From contig JAZRCT010000020.1 in NCBI GenBank assembly GCA_045659905.1, positions 194-64,193 on the forward strand: 64,000 nucleotides of DNA, in the 5' to 3' direction. The notes below the pieces were generated by a model. The model did not search any database, was not told the DNA's origin, and saw nothing but the letters and a program-made list of their open reading frames with translations. Positions 19,244 to 28,000 of this stretch are shown piece by piece. This DNA comes from Eubacteriales bacterium (GTDB lineage Bacteria > Bacillota > Clostridia > Oscillospirales > CAG-272). Numbering within the stretch: the first letter of the stretch is position 1; the number at the start of each line of letters is the position of its first letter. The translations under genes were made by a program, and so were the position numbers.

Positions 19244-19974
19244 TGGAAAAGAAGAATAATGTAAAAGACCTTTTGCTTAACGGCGTTCTTTTTGAAAACC
19301 CCGTATTCGTGCTCGTTCTCGGTACTTGCCCTACGCTTGCTGTCACCACGACGCTTCTCGGAGCTGTAAGTATGGGTATTGCGGCAATGCTCGTTTTGAT
19401 TTGCTCGAATGCGGTTATTTCGCTTCTCAGAAAGGTCATTCCCGAAACCGTAAGGATTCCTTGCTACATCATAGTTATAGCGGGCTTCGTTACTCTCGTT
19501 GAGATGCTGATGCACGCATATCTGCCCGACCTTTACGAGCTTCTCGGAATTTATCTAGCCCTGATTACGGTTAACTGTATCATACTCGGCAGAGCCGAAA
19601 TGTTTGCGGGTAAGAATTCAGTAGGCAAGTCGGCGCTTGACGGTCTTGGAATGGGACTCGGCTTTACCGTAGCCCTTTGCGCTATGGCGCTCGTGCGTGA
19701 GGTGTTCGGCAGCGCATCCTTCTTTGGAATAGCGATTCCTTTCTTAGAGCAGTACAAGATAGCCTTCCTTACGAAAGCTCCCGGCGGATTTTTCGTTTTC
19801 GGAATTATGATTGCTCTTACGAGCATAATTACCAAAGGTAAGTATCCCAAGAAAAAGAGCTTCTCCTGCGAGGGCTGTCCCTCGGCTTCGGTTTGCGGCT
19901 CTCACTCCTGCGAGGGCTGTGAGGCTAAGGTTGCCGATGCAGAAGCTGAAAATACCGAAAAGAAGGGAGCGTAA
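19243..19974 (+). CDS. rnfE: Rnf complex subunit E with a Cys-rich C-terminal extension
   Basis: VLVLGTCPTLAVTT is the RnfE/NqrD signature. There is an extra tail of about 40 aa with two CEGC motifs. Confidence 0.9.
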   Translation: MEKKNNVKDLLLNGVLFENPVFVLVLGTCPTLAVTTTLLGAVSMGIAAMLVLICSNAVISLLRKVIPETVRIPCYIIVIAGFVTLVEMLMHAYLPDLYELLGIYLALITVNCIILGRAEMFAGKNSVGKSALDGLGMGLGFTVALCAMALVREVFGSASFFGIAIPFLEQYKIAFLTKAPGGFFVFGIMIALTSIITKGKYPKKKSFSCEGCPSASVCGSHSCEGCEAKVADAEAENTEKKGA

Positions 19975-19979
19975 GACTG

Positions 19980-20576
19980 ATGGATTTCAAATCGCTTATA
20001 ATCATTCTGATGGGCTCTGTGCTTGTCAACAACTACGTTCTTTCGAGATTCCTCGGCATCTGCCCCTTCCTCGGCGTTTCAAAGAAGCTTGACCAGGCTA
20101 CGGGTATGGGTGTGTCGGTTATCTTCGTTATGATAATGGCAACGCTTGCTACCTGGCCTATTCAGGTATTTATCCTTGAGCCTCTGAAGCTCGGATATCT
20201 TCAGACGATAGCCTTTATTCTGGTTATTGCGGCGCTGGTGCAGTTTATCGAAATCGTTTTGAAGAAATTTATGCCCGCCTTGCATAAGAGCCTTGGCGTT
20301 TACCTGCCTCTTATCACTACCAACTGTGCGGTGCTTGGCGTTACTATCAACAATATAAACGACGGCTACAATTTCCTTGAATCCTTAGTAAGTGCGCTTG
20401 GCTGCGGACTTGGCTTTTTGCTTGCTATGGTACTCTTTGCAGGCGTCCGTTCACGCATAGAGGAAAGTGGAATTCCCAAGCACTTTAAGGGGCTTCCCAT
20501 CACTCTTATTTCTGCATCTATCGTCTCGCTTGCCTTCTTCGGCTTTGCGGGAATCGTAGAGAATTTATTTAAATAA
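19980..20576 (+). CDS. rnfA: Rnf complex subunit A
   Basis: VNNYVLSRFLGICPFLGVS is the RnfA/NqrE signature. 198 aa. Confidence 0.9.
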   Translation: MDFKSLIIILMGSVLVNNYVLSRFLGICPFLGVSKKLDQATGMGVSVIFVMIMATLATWPIQVFILEPLKLGYLQTIAFILVIAALVQFIEIVLKKFMPALHKSLGVYLPLITTNCAVLGVTINNINDGYNFLESLVSALGCGLGFLLAMVLFAGVRSRIEESGIPKHFKGLPITLISASIVSLAFFGFAGIVENLFK

Positions 20577-20588
20577 GGAGGACTTGAT

Positions 20589-21401
20589 ATGTTAGAGGTT
20601 TTGTTTGCCGTATTAGTCCTTCTTGCAATAGGTCTGGTGTGCGCAGTGCTTCTCGTCCTCGCCTCTCACTATATGGGCGTAGAGACCGACGAAACGGTCG
20701 TTAAGGTCAGAGAATGTCTGCCCGGCGCTAACTGCGGCGCTTGCGGCTACACGGGCTGCGACGGCTATGCCGAGGCGCTTGCCAAGGGCGGAGTAAAGAC
20801 TAATTTGTGTATCCCGGGAGGTCAGTCGGTAGCGACTAGTGTTGCCGAGGTTCTTGGCGTCGCTGCGGAGGGAGCAGATGTTCCCGTGGCTTTCGTTGCC
20901 TGCAACGGAACTGATGCAGCTACCTCGAGGCTTGCCGATTTTAAGGGCTGCGGAAGCTGTAAGGCTCGCTGCCTCGTTTACGGCGGCGGTGAGGCGTGCG
21001 TTTACGGTTGCCTTGGTTGCGGCGATTGCGCCGACGTCTGCCCCGTAGACGCAATATGCGTAAAGGACGGTATTGCCAGAGTGGATTCGAGAATCTGCAT
21101 TGGCTGCGGGCTTTGCTCCAAGACCTGTCCTAAGCATATTATCCATATGCTGCCGAGGAGTGCAAAGGCTGCGGTTATCTGCTCGAATCACGATTCGGGC
21201 GCTGTTGCCAACAAGGTCTGCAAGGTTGGCTGCATTGCCTGCCGTAAGTGCGAAAAGACCTGCCCTCACGGCGCAATTACCGTCGTAGATAATCTTGCTG
21301 TTATTGATTATTCAAAATGCACGGGCTGCCGTGAATGCGTTGCGGTTTGCCCCAAAAAGTGCATAAAGCCTACCGATTTTGATAGCAATAGAATAGGCTG
21401 A
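20589..21401 (+). CDS. rnfB: Rnf complex subunit B
   Basis: N-terminal TM helix, a CGACGYTGCDGYA cluster domain and several CxxCxxCxxxCP ferredoxin motifs. Confidence 0.9.
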   Translation: MLEVLFAVLVLLAIGLVCAVLLVLASHYMGVETDETVVKVRECLPGANCGACGYTGCDGYAEALAKGGVKTNLCIPGGQSVATSVAEVLGVAAEGADVPVAFVACNGTDAATSRLADFKGCGSCKARCLVYGGGEACVYGCLGCGDCADVCPVDAICVKDGIARVDSRICIGCGLCSKTCPKHIIHMLPRSAKAAVICSNHDSGAVANKVCKVGCIACRKCEKTCPHGAITVVDNLAVIDYSKCTGCRECVAVCPKKCIKPTDFDSNRIG

Positions 21402-21793
21402 TGGATATAGAGAGTGCGAATCCCCAAAAATCCGACGGAGCTACACGCTCAAAGAAGAAGCTCCGCAACGACTTGATACTTCTGTTTTCCGTGCTTGCTT
21501 TTGCGCTTGCCGTCTTCCTTATATTCTTCTTAGGCGGCAGTGCGGGCGAGCGTGTCGTTATAAAGATTGACGGAGAGTGCGTTCGTGAGCTTTCGCTCTA
21601 TGAGAACACAAGTATTGATATAGACTTTGGCGTGGATTCGGAATTTAAAAACAGACTTGTGATAGAGGACGGCGGAGCCTACGTCAGCGAGGCGAATTGC
21701 CCCGACGGAATATGTAAGGCGCACCGTGCTATCTCGAAGTGCGGCGAGACGGTTATTTGTCTGCCTCACAGGCTGGTTATCGAAATTGAGTGA
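21401..21793 (+). CDS. NusG domain II-containing membrane-anchored protein
   Basis: 130 aa, one TM helix, then ...CPDGICKAHRAISKCGETVICLPHRLVIEI, which matches the NusG_II/DUF1312-type motif as I recall it. TGATG overlap with rnfB. Confidence 0.7.
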   Translation: MDIESANPQKSDGATRSKKKLRNDLILLFSVLAFALAVFLIFFLGGSAGERVVIKIDGECVRELSLYENTSIDIDFGVDSEFKNRLVIEDGGAYVSEANCPDGICKAHRAISKCGETVICLPHRLVIEIE

Positions 21794-22308
21794 ATCGGAT
21801 TTTTATGCATAATAAGACAAGAATTCTTACTCTGCTCGGAGTATCTGCCGCTATCGCTATGATGCTTTCGTATATAGAGTTTCTTTTGCCGCCGCTTTTC
21901 AGCGCAGTCCCCGGCATTAAAATGGGACTTGCCAACGTCATAATAATATTTCTGCTGTATAAGCTTGATTTCAAGTCCGCTCTTGCGGTTTCTCTCGTTA
22001 GAGTGTGTCTTGCATCGCTTCTTTTCGGTACTGCGCTTACCTTTCTTTACAGCCTGAGCGGAGCTTTGCTGAGCTTAGCTCTTATGCTTTTAGCGAAGCG
22101 GCTCGGCTGGTTTTCGACGGTAGGCGTCAGCATGCTTGGCGGAGTTAGCCATAATCTCGGTCAGATTGCCGTGGCTATGCTTGTGCTCCGCACCCGAGAG
22201 ATTGGGTACTATATGGCGGTTCTTGCAGTAAGCGGTACGCTTGCAGGCGTATTCGTCGGTTTGACTGCGGCGTTTTTGATTAAGTACGTAAAACTATCCC
22301 GAAAATAA
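21790..22308 (+). CDS. Gx transporter family protein (Hpre_diP_synt_I-like, ECF-S-like membrane protein)
   Basis: 172 aa, 5 TM helices. EFLLPP....PG.K.GLAN and G...HNLGQ motifs. The start is ambiguous (GTG 21790 or ATG 21805). Confidence 0.7.
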   Translation: MNRIFMHNKTRILTLLGVSAAIAMMLSYIEFLLPPLFSAVPGIKMGLANVIIIFLLYKLDFKSALAVSLVRVCLASLLFGTALTFLYSLSGALLSLALMLLAKRLGWFSTVGVSMLGGVSHNLGQIAVAMLVLRTREIGYYMAVLAVSGTLAGVFVGLTAAFLIKYVKLSRK

Positions 22309-22324
22309 ATCAAGGAGAATTTCA

Positions 22325-23392
22325 ATGAAGAAAATAGCGTATATCGTTCTGGCTTCTATACTTCTTCTTATCGGCGCAAGCACTGCGTCGCATCTTATAG
22401 TGTTAAACAGTCAGGACGTCTATTTCGGCGTCGGCACTTACGCTTCTGCAAGCGACCTTGCGGCATCCGAGAGTGAAAAGGACGGAGTAGTACAGAAGAC
22501 CGACGGAAAAAGCGAGCTTGCTGTTACGGTAATGGCAATCACCGCAAATAGAGATGGCAAAATTCTCAAATGCGAAATAGACAGCGTCAGTGCGTCAATA
22601 GGCTATTCCGATTCCGGAGTGGTATCAGCCTCCCCGACGTATATGTCCAAGCGTGAGCTTGGCTACGATTACGGTATGTCAAAATACGGCATCTATTCCG
22701 ACTTTGACGGCGACGGCAGAGTGCTTGAATGGTTTGAGCAGGCAGACGCCTTTGAGAGCGTAGTAGAGGGCAAGGGGCTTGACGAGGTAGAGGCGCTTCT
22801 CGCTGAGGGCGGCAGAGGAAATAGCGAGCTTATCACGGCAGGCTGTACTATTGCCGTTTCGGACTTTATCCACGCATTCGACAGTGCACGCAAGAATCTT
22901 AAGCTTACCGAGGCTAAGACCGAGGACGAAATAGCTCTCGGTATATATACTGCAAGCGCAAAGCTTACCGACGCCACCGCCGAGGGGGGCGGCTCGGGCG
23001 AAATCAACGTTGCAATATTCGGTGCTACCGTGGATAATAGCGGTAAGGTTACCTCGGCTATGAGCGACGGCGTTGCTTATACCGCAGCGTTTGATAATAC
23101 CGGAAAGCCCGCTTCGGATTCCTCGGCTACTATAAAGTGTAAGAGAGAGCTTGGCTACGGCTACGGTATGTCGGTCTATGGCATTTATTCAGATTTGAAC
23201 GGTGACGGCGTGGTGCTTGAATGGTTTGAGCAGGCGGACGTCTTTGACAGCAAGGTCGTAGGTCTTACCGCCGCAGAGCTTCCCTCGCTCGTGCTTGATA
23301 CCGGCTACGGTAAGGATATCCTTACTACCGCAGGCTGCACTATTAACGTCAGCGATTTCGTAAAATCTGCGAATAAGGCTCTTGCCGATTAA
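22325..23392 (+). CDS. extracytoplasmic protein with two FMN_bind-like repeats (PplA-like candidate flavoprotein)
   Basis: N-terminal signal anchor. There is an internal duplication (aa about 64-190 and 226-355). Each repeat ends in TAGCT(I)xVSDF, aligned with the SGAT(x)TS motif of FMN_bind domains. It lies directly upstream of apbE. Confidence 0.6.
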   Translation: MKKIAYIVLASILLLIGASTASHLIVLNSQDVYFGVGTYASASDLAASESEKDGVVQKTDGKSELAVTVMAITANRDGKILKCEIDSVSASIGYSDSGVVSASPTYMSKRELGYDYGMSKYGIYSDFDGDGRVLEWFEQADAFESVVEGKGLDEVEALLAEGGRGNSELITAGCTIAVSDFIHAFDSARKNLKLTEAKTEDEIALGIYTASAKLTDATAEGGGSGEINVAIFGATVDNSGKVTSAMSDGVAYTAAFDNTGKPASDSSATIKCKRELGYGYGMSVYGIYSDLNGDGVVLEWFEQADVFDSKVVGLTAAELPSLVLDTGYGKDILTTAGCTINVSDFVKSANKALAD

Positions 23393-23429
23393 AATTTAAC
23401 GTAATATCAAGGAAAAAAGGAGAACGGAT

Positions 23430-24494
23430 ATGAAGCTTAGAATTTTCTTTAAGTTTTTTGCCGTTCTCCTCGTTTTTTCTATTGCGTTAGGTATTCTTTG
23501 CGGCTGCTCCTTTAGCCTTAAGCGAAGATATACCGATTATAGCTTTGATTATTTCGATACTGTCACCTCGATTATAGGCTTTGAGGTCAACAAGAATAGC
23601 TTTGATAAGACCTCTGCGAGAATAATGACTATGCTTTCGGAATATCATAAGCTTTTCGATATTTATCACGGCTACGAGGGAATAAATAACCTCTACACGC
23701 TCAATAGAGAAAAGGGAACTGCCGAAAATCCGATAAGGCTTAGCGCTCCGTTGATAGAATTTCTTGAGTTTGCGATTGACTGCTATGAAAAAACCGACGG
23801 CTACGTCAATATCGCAATGGGAAGCGTTCTGTCGCTCTGGCACGCCGAGAGGGAAATAGCAAAGAAAAATCCGGAAGCAGCAAGGCTGCCCTATGCAGAT
23901 GCGCTTGCCGAAGCGTCGGGGCATACCGATATTTCGGGTATAGTCGTTAATAAGGAAAATTCCACGGTATATCTGGCTGATGCTAATATGTCGCTTGACG
24001 TCGGAGCCATAGCCAAAGGATACGCCGTAGAGAAAATAGCCCGAGCGCTTGAAGCCGAGGGAATAACGGGCTACGTTATCAACATAGGCGGCAACGTGCG
24101 CACGCTTGGCGCTATGAACGACGGCTCGCCCTGGCTGGTAGGAATAGAGAATCCCGATAAATCAAACGCAGAGAAGCCCTATACGGATACGCTCGGTTTA
24201 AAGGGTGAGTCGCTCGTCACAAGCGGCTCTTATCAGCGCTTTTACAGCGTAAACGGCGTCAATTACCACCATATAATAGACAAGGATACGAATTACCCCG
24301 CCGAGGGCTATCTCTCGGTTTCGGTAGTCACGAAGGATTCGGGAATTGCAGACGCCTTATCCACTGCTCTCTTTTGCGTGAGCGTAGAGCAGGGCAGGGA
24401 AATCCTCTCTCGATTTGAGAATACAGAGGCTATGTGGGTATTGCAGGACGGCAGTATAAGTTATAGTGACGGCTTCGCAAAATACCGTAACTGA
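23430..24494 (+). CDS. apbE: FAD:protein FMN transferase lipoprotein
   Basis: 354 aa, lipobox LCGC. ApbE motifs (DVGAIAKGYA, INIGGNV, TSGSYQRF, HHIID). Confidence 0.9.
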   Translation: MKLRIFFKFFAVLLVFSIALGILCGCSFSLKRRYTDYSFDYFDTVTSIIGFEVNKNSFDKTSARIMTMLSEYHKLFDIYHGYEGINNLYTLNREKGTAENPIRLSAPLIEFLEFAIDCYEKTDGYVNIAMGSVLSLWHAEREIAKKNPEAARLPYADALAEASGHTDISGIVVNKENSTVYLADANMSLDVGAIAKGYAVEKIARALEAEGITGYVINIGGNVRTLGAMNDGSPWLVGIENPDKSNAEKPYTDTLGLKGESLVTSGSYQRFYSVNGVNYHHIIDKDTNYPAEGYLSVSVVTKDSGIADALSTALFCVSVEQGREILSRFENTEAMWVLQDGSISYSDGFAKYRN

Positions 24495-24550
24495 AGCTTG
24501 TTATAAGGTGAAAAAACGCCGTTTAGACCACAAAAAATAGAACAAAAAAT

Positions 24551-24613
24551 CTCCGAAGCAGCAACGCTTGCGCTAATAAGACGCAACGAAAAAGCATAGC
24601 TTCGGAGTTTTTT
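24551..24613 (+). terminator. terminator of the rnf-apbE transcription unit
   Basis: CTCCGAAGC ... GCTTCGGAG stem (39-nt interior) followed by TTTTTT. Confidence 0.55.
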
Positions 24614-24944
24614 AGCTTAAAAACGGGGAAAAAGACGAATCTGCGCAAAAAATTATGTGTAGAAAAAACTATTCATAATTTGTGCATAATTTACAACTTA
24701 TTTTGTCTTGCCGCAGTGCGGCTGGCAGAAGCGAAAAAAATGGCGCAAAAGGTAAAAATAATTTACTGATAGTCTAAAACAACGAAAATGAAGCCTATTT
24801 TATAAGCTATTTTGGTAAATTTAAATTACCCAAGCCGAGTTCGTCAAAACGATAAAGACAAAAAAGAGTCGAGCGGCAGACTTTTTTGCGCCGTCGCCCG
24901 CACATTTTTGCAAAATCGCCTCTGTTTGACGAAAAAACCTCATA

Positions 24945-24973
24945 TTGACATTTATTTTAAATTATGTTATAAT
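24945..24973 (+). promoter_or_regulatory. sigma-A promoter of the carbohydrate cluster
   Basis: TTGACA-17 nt-TATAAT with a TGt extension. It lies inside the ORF-track N-terminal extension of the SBP gene. Confidence 0.65.
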
Positions 24974-25040
24974 TCTTTCCGTAAATTACCCGTGCTGTTT
25001 TATGTGCGGGAAAAGAATATATCTTGGAGGAAATCATTTC

Positions 25041-28000
25041 ATGAAAAAGTCAATGTTTCAGAGAGCTGTGTGTTTGCTTCTTTCTGTTGCGACTTTGTTC
25101 GGCTTGGTTGCGGTGACTGTGTTTGCGGGCGCTATTAAACCCGAATCCACCGCCGCAACTCTTGATGAGATGCAGAAGCTCGTCGGTACCACTACCTACG
25201 CTGAGTATCTCAAGACGATTCCCGACCCTGTCGGAGGGCTGTCGGTTATAAAGCTTGACAACTCTACCGCCATCGACGAGAAGAAGAATAAGCCTGACAA
25301 GGTTACGGAAAGTCCCGAATGCATAGAGTCGAAGCAGGAAAATCCCGGTGCGTGGGCAGAATACGGAGAGGGTCACGGTGACGCTCTTTACATTCCCGCC
25401 ACGGGTTCGGTTACCTGGAGCGTAGTAATCCCCGAAAATGCCGGCGGCAATTACTACATTAAGATAACTTACTTCAACTGCGAGACTTCCGAAAGCAGTA
25501 TCAGCTCGATTGAGCGTAAGCTCTACCTCGACGATTACATTCCGTTTGCAGAGGCAGGTCAGCTCAATCTCACGAAGTACTGGGAATACCCGACCTACGT
25601 TAAGACCGAGGTTAGCGATACAGACGAGCCTGACGGTGTGAGAGTAGAGTATCCCAGAGTTACGAGCGGTACGCTTGAGGAGAAGGGCTACTATAAGCAC
25701 GTAATCAGCGTCAAGGGCGGCAAGAAGACGGTTGATATATACAAAATCGAGGAAGATATCAACGGCAACTCGATGGCGCCCGATATTAAGCAGGTTTCCA
25801 AGTGGGGTGCTTACTACTGTCAGGATACCACGGGCTATTACAACGATTATTTCCGCTTCTATTTCCCTGCGGGTAACCGTACTATAACCCTTGCGGCAGA
25901 GCGTGAGCCCGTTATCATTGAATCGATAGAGCTCGTTCCCGTAGATTCGAATAAGTCCAATTCTACGACCTACGACGAATACATTGCGGCTCTTAAGAAG
26001 GGCGGAGCAAAAGCGCCCGTCGACGGTGGTGTTACGAGAATCGAGGCAGAGTTCCCCGATTTCGTTTCGGACTCGTCGGTTGCCGCAACCAACGACAACA
26101 CCTCTGCGATAAACTATCCTGCATTCTCCAACGCTCAGCTTTATAACGTAATAGGCGAGAATAGCTACAATACGGTAGGTCAGTGGGCGGCGTACAAATT
26201 CACCGTTTCCAAGGACGGTCTTTACAAGCTGGCTCTCAGATACAAGCAGGATGCGCTTCAGGGTATGTATATATGCCGTGCTATCAAGCTTTCGGGCGGT
26301 GCATACGGCGATACTCCCGCAGCTCCCTTTGCTGAGGCTTACAACTGCCAGTTTGACTACGACAAGGTGTGGCAGACCAACTACGTCGGCGATTACGTAT
26401 ATTACGGTGCAGACGGCAATCGCATAGATATCAGCTCGCTGAGACTCAACTCAGACGGTCAGTACGTCAACGCTGCCGACGAGGTGGTTGAGGTCAGAAG
26501 AGAAAAGAGAGATTTCGAATTCTACTTCGAGGAGGGCGAGGAGTACACGGTTTACCTTGAGTGCTCACTCGGTACTCTTAAGGAGTTAATCCAGAGAGTA
26601 GAAAATTCGCTTGACGAAATGAACGCCTGCTACTTAAGAATACTTCAGCTTACCGGTAACGACCCCGACGAATACCGTGACTACGGCTTTAAGGATATAA
26701 TGCCTGAGGTTTTAAGGTCGCTTCTCGAGCAGGCAATCGAGCTTGAGGCTGTTAAGCTTGAGTTCGAGGCGCTTTGCGGAACGACCGGCTCGCATATCAC
26801 GACGCTTCATACGATAGCGCTGCTTCTTGATAAGATGGGCGCTGAGAACGGCGACGAGATAGCTGCGAATATGACGACTCTTAAGTCTTACCTCGGTACT
26901 CTCGGTACTTGGATTAACAACTCCAAGAGAAGTGCTATGGTTGTGGACAGCATTTACGCAGCTCCCGCCGATTATGAAATCTGGCACGAGAGCTTGCCCA
27001 GAGCAGAAGCCAACTTCTTCGAGTCAATCGGATTTGAAATCAAGTCGTTCTTCTATTCGTTCTTTACCGAATACGACCGGATGGGACTTACCACCGTTCC
27101 CGACGAAAATACGAGAAATGTTGACGTATGGCTTGCAACAGGCCGTGACCAGTCGCAAATCTGGCGTACTATGATAGACGCTAAGGGAAGCTTCACCGAC
27201 ACCACGGGCGTAGCGGTTACGCTTAAGCTCGTTACGGGCGGTACGCTTCTTCCCTCGATACTTTCCGGCAAGGGTCCTGACGTTTATATAGGACTTGGCT
27301 CTACCGACGTTATCAACTATGCGATAAGAGAGGCTGTTTACGGCGTAAGCGGTAACGACTCTGCTCTTGACGCAAAGAAGGTTACGGTCGGCGACAATAA
27401 AGACTATTCTGCAAATGATATATTCACCTCCAATTTCTATACATACTGCGTAGAGCAGGGCGGCAAGAAGACCTACACCGTTTCTCCCGTATACAACGGC
27501 GCCGAGAATCTTACCAACACCTCTCTGACCTTTGAAGAGGTTATCGGTGACAATTTCGTTGAAGCCGCTATGGACACCGTAAGACTTGGAAGAACGGTCA
27601 ACGGCAAGTTTGCTGAAACGACCTACGGTATACCGCAGACGATGTCCTTTGCGATGATGTTCTACAGAATGGACGTTCTTGCGAACCTTGAGCAGGAGGT
27701 TCCCGACACCTGGTCGGAGCTTCTTTCGCTTCTTCCCGTTCTTCAGACCAACAATATGTCAGTAGGTGTTACCTACGGCGCTGCGCTCAACTTTATGATT
27801 TATCAGATGGGCGGCAATATGTGGAAATATCCCGAGGACCCCAAGTACGCAGGTATGCAGATACACCTTGATTCGGATATAGCTCTTGAAGCGTTCGACT
27901 ACGTATGCAGACTTTACAGTGACTATTCCTTCCCTGTAAGCTTTGATGCGGCTAACCGATTCAGAACGGGTGAAATGCCTATCATCATAGGCGATTATGC

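Noticed and set aside
24812-25040. 108-aa ORF 24812-25138 and the ORF-track upstream start (24945) of the SBP gene.
   Set aside because: Both span the consensus promoter at 24945-24973. The SBP signal peptide and the GGAGGA RBS fit the ATG at 25041.
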